A DNA stretch of 63,844 bases, the filler included, from Globobulimina sp. (lineage: Eukaryota): NCBI GenBank assembly GCA_003354225.1. It is 23 parts of 23 records of this genome, joined end to end, with 100 filler letters (N's around TTAATTAATTAA, not from the genome) between each part and the next. Parts side by side here need not be neighbours in the genome. Positions count along the whole stretch, not along the records: positions 47,274 to 49,952 come from PIVH01005387.1; positions 50,053 to 52,731 come from PIVH01005388.1; positions 52,832 to 55,510 come from PIVH01005389.1; positions 55,611 to 58,288 come from PIVH01005390.1; 19 more parts are not named here. One strand, 5' to 3'. Shown here in pieces: positions 47,670 to 57,395 of the stretch. Each line of letters opens with the position of its first letter. Within the stretch, counting starts at the first letter, position 1. The notes under the pieces were generated by a model, which worked only from the letters and a program-made list of their open reading frames with translations, did no database searches and was not told the origin of the DNA. A program made the translations under genes and the position numbers.

Positions 47670-49952
47670 TCAATCAATGTTAACAAAGTGTTGTTTCTGT
47701 GCATGATAATAAACATCTTTCCCGATTTCAAATTGGTATTCCTTATCATCCACAAAAAATATTAATGTGGAACCATTTGGATATTGTTGCTTTAATGTTT
47801 GTATATCCTGAGATTGTAAATATTGCTCAATACCTTCTAGTTCCCCACCATTTAATTTTGATAACGTTTCTGATTTTTTATCAAAAAATAATTGCGGCAC
47901 ACATAGTGCTAATCGGACCTTTTTACCTTCCACGTTTGCGATATCTTCACAAATAGTTCCAATAAATGGCGATTTCAATGCATAGCCCATCACCGGAATC
48001 CGTGTGTGTTTCTCGATTAAATCACTAAAATCTTCAAATACGCCGCCTAATCCACACTCTTTCTCTTCATTGTCAAGTTTATAAAATACATTCACCACAT
48101 CCGCCGGCACCAATTTCCCCAATTTCCGCAATTTCTGTATCCGATTACAAATCTCCCGCGCCGTACCTTCATCGCGTAATGGTTTGGTCAGGCGCTGATC
48201 CATCAAAATTATGCCACCATCGCCTTCCTTAAACACCCATTTCTCAGTATCACCTTCAAAATTCCAAATCACTTTGACATCCTCGCAAGTCACGCTCTCA
48301 CCGCACGACTTCAACTCGATTTCGCCGCAATCCACCAACCGCTGCAACTCACTATGCGTTAATTTAGCAATGGCCTTTGAAACCGCACCAGTCTTCCTCT
48401 TAAACTTCGCGCCCAACGACGCATAGATTGGCTCGCCGGACAATGAAATATAATCCGCCATCTCATTGCTAAATGTTATTTGTTTCACGTTCAACTCCGA
48501 CAAAATATAATCTTTTAAGCCGCCCACATCGCTCAAAAATTGCTGGTCTTGATGTACAATCATCATCTCTGCCAACGGCAATTTCGTTTTTAAGTTATGT
48601 CTGTCCCGCACATAGCGGCCTAACTTGATGCTTTTGTGCAGATTTTGCACTCTCCGCTCGATATCCAAGTCAATGGCAGCCTCATTCGGCGTCGGTATTT
48701 GCATGAAATGCACAGATAACTCGGCTGTCTCTGCGGGCAGCGCGCCCCGCAAATTAATATACATCGTCTCCACAATGAAGGGACACAACGGCGCCATCAG
48801 CTGACACAGCGTCAGCAACACATGAAACAGTGCCTGCGTCGAACACAACGCGTCGTCCACGCTGCTCTGGCCCCGGATGCGGTTCCTGTTCATCCGCACG
48901 TACGTATTGCACAGCAAATCGATGAAATGCAACAAGCGCGGCAACACCGTATACAATCGGTAAGCCTCCATTTCCTGTCGAAAAAACTTAACCAACGACT
49001 GCAGCTCGGACAGTATCCATTTATCCATAATGTTGTTCATCATATCATGCGCCTCTGCCACATATTTAAATTGCGACCCGGTGCTCCGCTCAAACCGCGA
49101 CGCATTTTCTACAAAGAAATTGTACGCATTGTACCACGGCGACAACACCGACGTACAGATATATCCCACGCCGGACTCGCAAAACTTGAGCTTATCCCCG
49201 TGAACCACCGGCGACGAACACAAATATATCCGCAGCGCGTCGGCGCCGTACTCGTCGAAGATCTTTGCCGGCGGCGGGTAGTTTTTCTTGCGTTTGCTCA
49301 TTTTGGTGCCGTCCGCCGCCAACACCATGCCGTTGACAATCAGGTTCTGCCACGCCGGCTTATCAAACAACGCCGTGGAGAGCACCAACAGCGTATAGAA
49401 CCATCCCCGAGTTTGGTCCAAGCCCTCCGCGATGAAGTTGGCCGGGAATCGCTGTTCAAACTCCTTCTCGTCCTCAAACGCGAAGGGATAATGGCATTGG
49501 CCATACGGCATCGACCCGGACTCGAACCAACAGTCAAACACTTCGTCCACGCGGTGCAGCGTCTTGCCGCTGCTCAACGACGTTATCGTCAGATCGTCGA
49601 CATTCTCGCGATGCAGATCGTCGATTTTGGCGCCAGTGCGCCGCTCCAACTCCTCCACCGAGCCTATGACTTCCCACTCCGTCTCGTCCTCACTGATCCA
49701 GATCGGCAGCGGTGTGCCCCAATACCGGTTCCGCGACACTGCCCAGTCGCGCGCGTCCATGAGCCAGTTATGAAAGCGTTTCTCTTTCACATAGGCCGGC
49801 ACCCAGTACGTCTGCGCGTTGTTGGCCACCAACCTCTCCTTCAGCGCCGTCACGCGGATGAACCACGACGGGATGGCCCGATATAACAGCGGCGTATCGG
49901 AGCGCCAACAATGTGGGTATTCGTGGTCGCAATGCACTTCATTCCAGCGCCG
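47670..49952 (-). CDS. IARS: Isoleucyl-tRNA synthetase, cytosolic type (5' partial)
   Basis: YPHCWRSDTPL, DWAVSRNRYWGTP, FDCWFESGSMPY, EGLDQTRGWFY and KMSKRKKNYP. Confidence 0.97.
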   Translation of the reverse strand, partial: RRWNEVHCDHEYPHCWRSDTPLLYRAIPSWFIRVTALKERLVANNAQTYWVPAYVKEKRFHNWLMDARDWAVSRNRYWGTPLPIWISEDETEWEVIGSVEELERRTGAKIDDLHRENVDDLTITSLSSGKTLHRVDEVFDCWFESGSMPYGQCHYPFAFEDEKEFEQRFPANFIAEGLDQTRGWFYTLLVLSTALFDKPAWQNLIVNGMVLAADGTKMSKRKKNYPPPAKIFDEYGADALRIYLCSSPVVHGDKLKFCESGVGYICTSVLSPWYNAYNFFVENASRFERSTGSQFKYVAEAHDMMNNIMDKWILSELQSLVKFFRQEMEAYRLYTVLPRLLHFIDLLCNTYVRMNRNRIRGQSSVDDALCSTQALFHVLLTLCQLMAPLCPFIVETMYINLRGALPAETAELSVHFMQIPTPNEAAIDLDIERRVQNLHKSIKLGRYVRDRHNLKTKLPLAEMMIVHQDQQFLSDVGGLKDYILSELNVKQITFSNEMADYISLSGEPIYASLGAKFKRKTGAVSKAIAKLTHSELQRLVDCGEIELKSCGESVTCEDVKVIWNFEGDTEKWVFKEGDGGIILMDQRLTKPLRDEGTAREICNRIQKLRKLGKLVPADVVNVFYKLDNEEKECGLGGVFEDFSDLIEKHTRIPVMGYALKSPFIGTICEDIANVEGKKVRLALCVPQLFFDKKSETLSKLNGGELEGIEQYLQSQDIQTLKQQYPNGSTLIFFVDDKEYQFEIGKDVYYHAQKQHFVNID

Positions 49953-50052
49953 NNNNNNNNNNNNNNNNNNNNNNNNNNNNNNNNNNNNNNNNNNNNTTAA
50001 TTAATTAANNNNNNNNNNNNNNNNNNNNNNNNNNNNNNNNNNNNNNNNNNNN

Positions 50053-52377
50053 CCATACAAAGCGTAGTTCGACGTGCGAGTATTAGCAAAAAACGAATAA
50101 TAATCATAATCAGACGAATTTATATGATTTACATACTGAGGATGTGCCATCTACACAGATACCATCCTTTGCCGAAGGATATGATACGAACACTTTATCA
50201 AATCCAAAACATAGCGGCAGATTTGCGAAAAATGTTACATTGTCCTCTGCGGAATATATAAAACAAAGCGAGACAGCGGCTATAAATGCACATAAAAGTA
50301 AAGCTAAAATCACAGATTATACATCTATCCCCACACGAAATTATGACTCATCACAGGAGATTGAATACAGTGAATATGATGATATTGATTATGGCGACCC
50401 AGGTAAACAATCATTTGTTTTTTTGATTGGTTTATAATTTTTTTGTTATATACAGGTAATAATTATAATATCGGTGATGACGATGTATCCAAATTTGATG
50501 AATTTAAGAACAATCAAATCCAACAATTACAACTAACCTTCGGTCCGAGTATAAACAATAGCATTCCTCTGAGAACTATCCAAGTCACTACGCCTGGCAA
50601 TAAACACACGCAAGTTTTGTGTGACATTAATCACAACCACTCCACGCATAAAATAAACATACTGTCTCCCATCGATAGTACTAATGAGATGCACGAATAT
50701 GATGCATTCCGCCACCTCAACGATCCCGAATTCCCCTCTTATCCGTCCCTGACAGCCACTCATATCCATCCTATGCATCCTATGCGTCCACAATTAAATG
50801 ACTACAAATCCGACACAGACACTGAAGACAACGATGACATGGACGAAAAAAGTAAACCCCATCGCAGAATGCCTACATTGCAACGCAAAAATAGTGAGAA
50901 AAAACCGACTTTGTCCGCCTCCAAATCGCAAAGCATCCGCTCACGTTCCAATCGCACCATATCCGCCACGCCAAAATATACAAGAAAGCCCGCATTGAAT
51001 TTATCTATGCGTTCGCGCAAAAATCGCAACCGTGCGCGCTCGCAAACGTGCCTCAATTTTGAAAACGGCTTTTTTAATGATCATGTATTTGGTGGCAATG
51101 AACCGGATTTATATTCGTCCGTAGTCATTGATAACGGCTCATTTTTGTCCAACATCTCTATGATTTCGGCTTCGGACTATCGGCACAATAACAGCCGCGG
51201 AGATATTATAAAATTCGAAAAACCGTTTAACAAAATGGTGGCGGATGAAAATGGCAATATTTTCATTGGCACTGACAAATATATTCGATATATCACATAC
51301 AACCAATCCAAAACAAACAACAATAAATATGGCAAATTCCGCAAGCAAGAAAAGTTATTATATGAGCTGAAATATGACGAACATTTGGTATCGTTATGGA
51401 ACCAGGATGGAAAGATCTATTTTGTGACAATGCCGTATGCGTTGCAGGAGAACCAATACACCACAAACAAACTGATCGAAGAGTGGAGTCTCAATTTGTA
51501 TGTGGTCGAAAACAAAAACAATGTTCGCCAGCGCAGTATCAACAAATACGAATGGATCCCGCCCTCCGTTCGTGACAAATTACCATACCGTAAGTTGAAG
51601 ACGTTTCGATGGAAAGTCCGGGGCAGATTCATCGACAATTTCTTGTCGATGTGGTACGATGAAAAGTATGAGACATTGATCACGTTGGCGGAATGCGACC
51701 GGCTGAATGAGCCACAGATTATTTTCCTAAATAAGCGCAATAACAAAGGCTTGGTCAAGTTGAAAATCCGCAATAACACAATCTCCATTCATGGCAGTAC
51801 CAATGACCACGACGACACGAGCAATAATCAACATTTGTTGATCAGACACAAGCCCACCAAGACGTGGCTGTGTTGCATTTCGTGTGTGGATAAAAATGAG
51901 CAGAAACGCAAATTTAAGCGCAATTTTACGCGGAAGCATAGCGAGCGCGGTCAGGGCGCGGTGGATTATGAGTTATTTGGAATGAATGAGAAGTGTGCCA
52001 TGGACGAAGAGGACGAATGTTGGATTCAGTTTAAGTTAAATCGCGAGTGTAATAAGATAACCTCGTCGAAAATCGTCCATTTGCCCGAGGAGTTGAGGCG
52101 GAAGAAATGGTTAAGTTATGATGGGTACAGAGACTGTTTGATTGGGATCAATAGATTGGGCATTGAGAAGTTGTTGGAGTCTGGCTTTGAAAGGGACATC
52201 CAACTGACGATCGTGCCGAGATTGACCAAGTTGTTGCAGGAAAAGGCAAAGGACCACGTATTTAATGATAAAAGAATGTTTGTTAAGAGATCCGGGCGGA
52301 ATAAACGAGGGCGGTCTACTCCTTCTATAAATGGCCCGTTTTGCAGGAAACGGAGTCATTCTCAGAAACGAAAATAG
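50053..52377 (+). CDS. Hypothetical protein (5' partial; intron 50403-50455)
   Basis: Two long ORFs joined by G|GTAAAC...ACAG. Disordered N-half and beta-rich C-half. Confidence 0.7.
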
Positions 52378-52897
52378 TGACTTTTGTATGTGTTTTTGTT
52401 TTGAATTAATGTTTATTTTAATGATTTTATTTAATGTATTGTTATTTTCATATATTATATATTTAATGTATTGTTATTTTTTTCTTGTTTTTTTTTATAA
52501 ATTGTATTGTTTATGTGGTTGTGTTAAATAGTTTTATTTCATCGCAATATTTTTTCCATTCTCTCTCGGTTTAGATTTTTTTTGATTGAGATATATTTTT
52601 TTTTTGTCTTTCTGATCGATTGTTGTAAGTAGTAATTATTTTTTTTTATTATTGTTTTTTGTTAATTTTCTTTGAATTTTTGTTGTTTCTATAATTCATT
52701 TGGTTGTTGCTGTTTTCTTGTTGAACATGGANNNNNNNNNNNNNNNNNNNNNNNNNNNNNNNNNNNNNNNNNNNNTTAATTAATTAANNNNNNNNNNNNN
52801 NNNNNNNNNNNNNNNNNNNNNNNNNNNNNNNTTGCTTTTGTACTGGATTCAATTTAAACATGATGTTTCCCCGTTGGTTTATTAAGTCAGTAAATAT

Positions 52898-52926
52898 ATT
52901 ATAGGGCATCCCTTTCCCTAGTGCAA
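52898..52926 (-). promoter_or_regulatory. Sigma70 promoter with an operator in the spacer
   Basis: TTGCAC-17-TATAAT. TAGGGAA-N5-TGCCCTA covers 52902-52920. An RBS and ATG at 52861 (MFKLNPVQKQ...) follow. Confidence 0.8.
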
Positions 52927-52989
52927 GCTTTCATTTACTTTTCGGTCGATGCGGTGTTATGCTGGTTATTTAATCAAAGGGGATAGGCT

Positions 52990-53865
52990 ATGGCATCACG
53001 AATCGAGATCACTTTAGGGGGCAACGGGGGCGGCTCGTCCGCGTTAGTATTCGGGGGCGGCGGGAATGGTAATACGGACGTCGGCGAGGCCTGTGTGGGG
53101 TTCGTTAGTGCTGCGGCGGCTATTGCGGGATATAGCGAATTGTCTATACCCCAAGAGGAAAGCACGCCCCGGCTGTATCTTTGCGCGGACCGCTATTACG
53201 CGTGGAAAGTCGAAGATATAGGGCCGTTGGCTAATGTGAAAATTGAAGTCGAACAAGGCTCCGGGCTTGATTTATATCTTTACTATAACGACGGGGCGGA
53301 CCTGTATCTTTATCAATTGGATTGCTCAGACTCGGACGGCTTCACGCATTTGGGGGGCGTTGTTCCGGGAAACATGGGGAACGAATTAACCCCCATCGTC
53401 GATCAGTGGCTTGTCGTACATAATCCCGGGGCTAACTCTCAGGAGATTTATATTCACAATTGGACTTTGTCCGCTGTCGACTCGTGGCCCTCTGCGGTGC
53501 GTGCGTGCCAGTCGCCCCGGATCTTTAATTTTGAGGTGTGGAACCCCGACCAGAGAGACGCGTTTGTTACCGAACCCGGACATTTTCAAGCGTACAAATT
53601 TGTCCCTGAACAAGTATACGGGGACAGCGGGGCTTATTTCGATGTCGAAGACGGGGACGGGATCAATCTGTACATTTATTATAGGGACAAGGACGACAAC
53701 ATAGTCCTAGGGGAAGTCGTCGGAACCGCGGTGTCGCGGTGGACCACTTTTAATATAGGGGTAACATTGCCGTCCGGGACTGACGTTTGGATGGTCGCGG
53801 AGAACCCCGGACTCGCCGCCCAGCAAATCAACCTTGTGGAAGTGGACCAAAACAACGAGGGCTAA
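52990..53865 (+). CDS. Phage hypothetical protein with two internally repeated beta-rich domains
   Basis: GGGGA RBS and Gly-rich N-terminus. Repeats G.G[LI].LY[LI]YY.D...W[LM]V..NPG...Q.I. Confidence 0.85.
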   Translation: MASRIEITLGGNGGGSSALVFGGGGNGNTDVGEACVGFVSAAAAIAGYSELSIPQEESTPRLYLCADRYYAWKVEDIGPLANVKIEVEQGSGLDLYLYYNDGADLYLYQLDCSDSDGFTHLGGVVPGNMGNELTPIVDQWLVVHNPGANSQEIYIHNWTLSAVDSWPSAVRACQSPRIFNFEVWNPDQRDAFVTEPGHFQAYKFVPEQVYGDSGAYFDVEDGDGINLYIYYRDKDDNIVLGEVVGTAVSRWTTFNIGVTLPSGTDVWMVAENPGLAAQQINLVEVDQNNEG

Positions 53866-54488
53866 AATTTTACGACCCCGAGCTTGTATTTATGCTCGAA
53901 GATACGCTTAAATCGGCTCGGGTCTGGCCCCATGTACGCGACTACTGATCCTTTAGTCACATCGCCCGCGAGTGTCCCGTCTGGCCTATAATATCCGGTT
54001 CTGGGTGTTAGAAAGCATAACGGGACATCGAGGAGGGGCCGGAACCATGTCTCCGAGGTTGAGGAAAAACAGATATTAATTATCGATTTCGCCCGGCCGC
54101 TCTGATATTCCGCCACCGCTTTATTAATCCAATCAGAATTCGAGGGGATCCCCTCGTCGATATGTCCCCGGGGTGGACCTTTCCGGTCTTTCCCTGTCGG
54201 TTTAACACATATATTTTTAGTGCATTTCTTCCGGTCTTTTGGACAGGGGTTCTCGCCCCGGTGGAAAGGATGATTTAACCAGATATTCCCGAACCAGTCA
54301 TGATCGAGTCCGTTGTCTTCTCTCGTAAAGATTTGATCAGCGAATACCCCGAAAGCGTTCGCGAGGACGGAGGTCGCCGGGTCAAGGCTTATACTATACA
54401 TTACGTCCCGGGCGGCTTGCACGATGCGGGGATCTGTGTAGTATTCCACGGTCCCGGATGATTGATTAACTAGCTGGTGGCTTTCCAT
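53862..54488 (-). CDS. Phage-type DNA N6-adenine methyltransferase (Dam-like), NHPF variant
   Basis: EYYTD...ISLDPAT...FTREDNGLDHDWFGNIWLNHPF...WINKAVAEY...TSETWF. Likely start is ATG 54488. Confidence 0.85.
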   Translation of the reverse strand: MESHQLVNQSSGTVEYYTDPRIVQAARDVMYSISLDPATSVLANAFGVFADQIFTREDNGLDHDWFGNIWLNHPFHRGENPCPKDRKKCTKNICVKPTGKDRKGPPRGHIDEGIPSNSDWINKAVAEYQSGRAKSIINICFSSTSETWFRPLLDVPLCFLTPRTGYYRPDGTLAGDVTKGSVVAYMGPDPSRFKRIFEHKYKLGVVKF

Positions 54489-54639
54489 TGAGTTTCCCGT
54501 CAATATGATTAATGATTAAAAAAATTATTATTGCAACTGCAGCGCCGGGTCCGTTTCCGATTAGTGGAGCCAGTGACCCCCACACGATGGCGCAAAGATA
54601 AAGCACGACTGCGAAAGCCGCCACCCTAAGCGATGCCAT
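54466..54639 (-). CDS. 57-aa two-helix membrane protein (not in the ORF track)
   Basis: MASLRVAAFAVVLYLCAIVWGSLAPLIGNGPGAAVAIIIFLIINHIDGKLNGKPPAS. TAATG overlap with the upstream gene. Confidence 0.7.
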   Translation of the reverse strand: MASLRVAAFAVVLYLCAIVWGSLAPLIGNGPGAAVAIIIFLIINHIDGKLNGKPPAS

Positions 54640-54971
54640 TAGTTGACCGCTATGTCGACAACGGACAAACGTTTGCCGGTGGTGGCGTCATAGTGCCCCC
54701 GGTAGCCGACAAGGCTCCCGGTTATCGTGTCTTTGTAACGGGCCACTATATAAAGCTCGTCCCCTAAATCGGTGATCGACGGCTCTAGCGGTTCGTATCG
54801 GTCCGAGTCTTTGTATCGGTTAGATCGGGCCAATATTTTTAAATCTAAGGTCTTGTCGGCGATCCATTCTTTGCGCGGATTATCGGCGGCCGCTTGCTCG
54901 CTTTGTGGTTCTTCCGGAATTAATCGAACTAAAACCGCGAGGGCCATTAATATGTATAAAAAATTTTTCAT
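54639..54971 (-). CDS. Phage exported or membrane-anchored hypothetical protein
   Basis: AGGA RBS and N-terminal hydrophobic helix. Confidence 0.8.
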   Translation of the reverse strand: MKNFLYILMALAVLVRLIPEEPQSEQAAADNPRKEWIADKTLDLKILARSNRYKDSDRYEPLEPSITDLGDELYIVARYKDTITGSLVGYRGHYDATTGKRLSVVDIAVN

Positions 54972-55071
54972 TGGATTATCCTAATTAAGTTACGTTATAT
55001 TCGAGAGCGTAGAGTTTCCACGACTCACGCGAAACGGCCGGCGCCTCCACAGCACGTCGGCTTTTTTGTGG

Positions 55072-55257
55072 CTATTGGTCAGGCTGTCCGCCGTCCCATT
55101 GCCCGCATAGATAAACCTCGAGAACTTTCCCGTCTTCTTTGGAGGAGTCCCCGAACAGCATTTTAGTAGCCTTGACTATTTCCTGACAGGTGCCGCGGCG
55201 TCTTTTGCCGGGCTTGAAGTGGATACAATTCCCGCATTTTTTACTGACTGAGGTCAC
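55072..55257 (-). CDS. Small Cys-rich phage protein
   Basis: GGAG RBS, GTG start, CGNC...C...C pattern. Confidence 0.75.
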   Translation of the reverse strand: MTSVSKKCGNCIHFKPGKRRRGTCQEIVKATKMLFGDSSKEDGKVLEVYLCGQWDGGQPDQ

Positions 55258-55420
55258 GGATCTTCTCCTTTGCTATCTTAATTAGATGTTCTTTTTCGTA
55301 GGCTTCCGCAATTTTTCGGGTCTCGCATTTGACCTCTACCGGGACCGCGTCCGGCTGCCAATACTCCGGGACCATTATCCCGGTCTTGATGTCTCGGTGT
55401 TTCTTTACTCGATAGGCCAT
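55241..55420 (-). CDS. 59-aa phage protein (not in the ORF track)
   Basis: GGGGG RBS then MAYRVKKHRDIKTG...KEKIRDLSQ. First gene after the promoter. Confidence 0.75.
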   Translation of the reverse strand: MAYRVKKHRDIKTGIMVPEYWQPDAVPVEVKCETRKIAEAYEKEHLIKIAKEKIRDLSQ

Positions 55421-55453
55421 AGTTTCCCCCTGATGGCTGTTTGATTTACATAC

Positions 55454-55482
55454 AGTATAGGGAAGCGTTTGCCCTATGTCAA
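55454..55482 (-). promoter_or_regulatory. Sigma70 promoter with an operator in the spacer
   Basis: TTGACA-17-TATACT. TAGGGCA-N5-TTCCCTA covers 55458-55476. Confidence 0.85.
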
Positions 55483-55492
55483 CCTTACAGGC

Positions 55493-55510
55493 AAAAAAAA
55501 GCCCCAGAGG
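55493..55510 (-). terminator. 3' half of an intrinsic terminator
   Basis: The minus strand reads GGGGC followed by T8 just upstream of the promoter. The 5' arm is cut by the contig end. Confidence 0.55.
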
Positions 55511-56049
55511 NNNNNNNNNNNNNNNNNNNNNNNNNNNNNNNNNNNNNNNNNNNNTTAATTAATTAANNNNNNNNNNNNNNNNNNNNNNNNNNNNNNNNNN
55601 NNNNNNNNNNATCATTGAATAAATATTTTTCATTCAACATATCCATAACGGAATATATTGCAGATCACATCCCGCCGAGTAAAGTATGGAAATTAAGAAG
55701 AAAAAAGCAAATATTTTTGCCACAATGCCAACAATGTTCCAGTAAACAAGCAAATTCCGTGAAATTGCAACAAACAACATTGGTGTTACATAATTTAACC
55801 AAAAATATACGTTTGTTTCATTTATGGATCCCGTTCCCGTGGATATTTAACTATTTTATGAGGGATCACTATTAATCATGATTGTGATGACAAAACGCCG
55901 ACGCGAAACTCAGCCAAAAAAGTTAATAATAACATAAAAAGCATAATATTAGAATATATAATAAAAAAAATGTTTTCAAAAACAAAAGTAACATCAGAAA
56001 AACTTTTGACGAGCATAAAAAACACACACATGCACATAATAAAAATCAT

Positions 56050-57336
56050 TTAAAATGCCAAAACATTCGATTGTTTATATCCAATTTGTTGACATAATTC
56101 CTTCATACTTCGATTAAACTCTCTCGAGCCACATAACACGACTCCAACATCATCATTTGGTGCAAATATATTCTTTTTAATCATTTCAATATTAATTCTC
56201 CCAATTCCTCCTTTCCAATTTTTTTCAACGCCATTTAAATTGGAAACTGTATGAAATATATTTATATTTTCATTTTCTTGATTAATTGCATTCAATTCTT
56301 CTTTGAGTAAGATATCATTTTCTGTTTTATTTGAAAATATTAATGAAATCTTGGTATTATCTGTTTTTTTATTTTTATCGATATGTTTAATAATTTGATA
56401 AATTGGATTTATCCCCGTTCCACCGGCTAACATTCCAATTTTTGTCACATTTAAATAATGCTCCACATCTCGCATGGTATCAAAATCAAATTTTTTAATT
56501 TTTAAATAATTGGCTTTCTCATAACAAATCATTCCGAGCGGTCCTTCAAATGCAACAAATTCATTTACTTTTATTTTGCTCAAATACTGCGACATTTCGC
56601 CATCGGGATATATTTTAATTAATAAGTCAAAATATCCTAAATCTGAATCATCCGAAATTGGAGTATATGCCCTGGAAATGGGCAAAGCGCCGCTGTCGTC
56701 TTCATATTTAATGCGGAGATGATTTCCGGTCCGTAATCCTAACCTGGTTTGTTTTGTTTGCAACGCAAATCGAAATATTATGCAATTATGGTTATATTGC
56801 GTTTTTTGTATTAATTTAAACTGTGTATATTCGTCTGTTAAAGCTATTGGGATCTCATTAGTATCAGGCATAATATCCGCTTTTTCATCGCCAGATTCGT
56901 CACAATGTACAAGTTTCATTTGTTTGGAATATCTTTGGATATCACAGACCATAAAAGCACTGTTGTTATTACACTTTGTCGAATATTTAATTTTTAGCCA
57001 TTCACCTTCTGAGTCATGGAATATGTCAATAACTTCTCCATCGCACCATGTTGACGACATTTCTGAATATATTTTACATTTTGATCCTAATTGGTAAGAA
57101 TACGCATTATTTGCTTTGATATCTATGCAATTTCTTTGAATTTTTTTTCTTTTTTTGGCGCTATTCGCATCACCATATTTTACCATCAACCATTCATCTT
57201 TTCCCGTACCTTCAATTCCTGTAATTTCTGCTTCCACCCAGTTGGACTTGCTACGGGAATATATCATACACAGTGAACCTACGTTCCATGACGAGCGTTG
57301 ATGGGTTTCTGCGTCGGCTTCATTGGGATGTGACAT
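56050..57336 (-). CDS. NADH-cytochrome b5 reductase fused to two Tudor/Agenet-like repeats
   Basis: RAYTPIS, LLIKIYPDGEMSQYL, AGGTGINP and VLCG. The N-terminus has two GS.C.IYS..S..W repeats. Confidence 0.9.
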   Translation of the reverse strand: MSHPNEADAETHQRSSWNVGSLCMIYSRSKSNWVEAEITGIEGTGKDEWLMVKYGDANSAKKRKKIQRNCIDIKANNAYSYQLGSKCKIYSEMSSTWCDGEVIDIFHDSEGEWLKIKYSTKCNNNSAFMVCDIQRYSKQMKLVHCDESGDEKADIMPDTNEIPIALTDEYTQFKLIQKTQYNHNCIIFRFALQTKQTRLGLRTGNHLRIKYEDDSGALPISRAYTPISDDSDLGYFDLLIKIYPDGEMSQYLSKIKVNEFVAFEGPLGMICYEKANYLKIKKFDFDTMRDVEHYLNVTKIGMLAGGTGINPIYQIIKHIDKNKKTDNTKISLIFSNKTENDILLKEELNAINQENENINIFHTVSNLNGVEKNWKGGIGRINIEMIKKNIFAPNDDVGVVLCGSREFNRSMKELCQQIGYKQSNVLAF

Positions 57337-57395
57337 GTTCCTTAATTTTAGATTATAAAAACGGCTAAGTTTTGGTTTGAAGTACTAGTGAAAGC

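Larger units (their letters stand above)
52832..55510. mobile_element. Bacteriophage or prophage-like contig
   Basis: About 50% GC, no introns, purine-rich RBSs, overlapping small ORFs, sigma70 promoters and a phage-type adenine methyltransferase. Confidence 0.85.

Noticed and set aside
48822-49886. 354-aa plus-strand ORF and similar shadow ORFs (142-537, 36796-37593, 26125-26815)
   Set aside because: They lie antisense to real genes with GC-rich or low-complexity codons and have no motifs of their own.
51115-51145. VVIDNGS as an actin-family phosphate loop
   Set aside because: The motif is isolated and no other actin-fold motifs follow.
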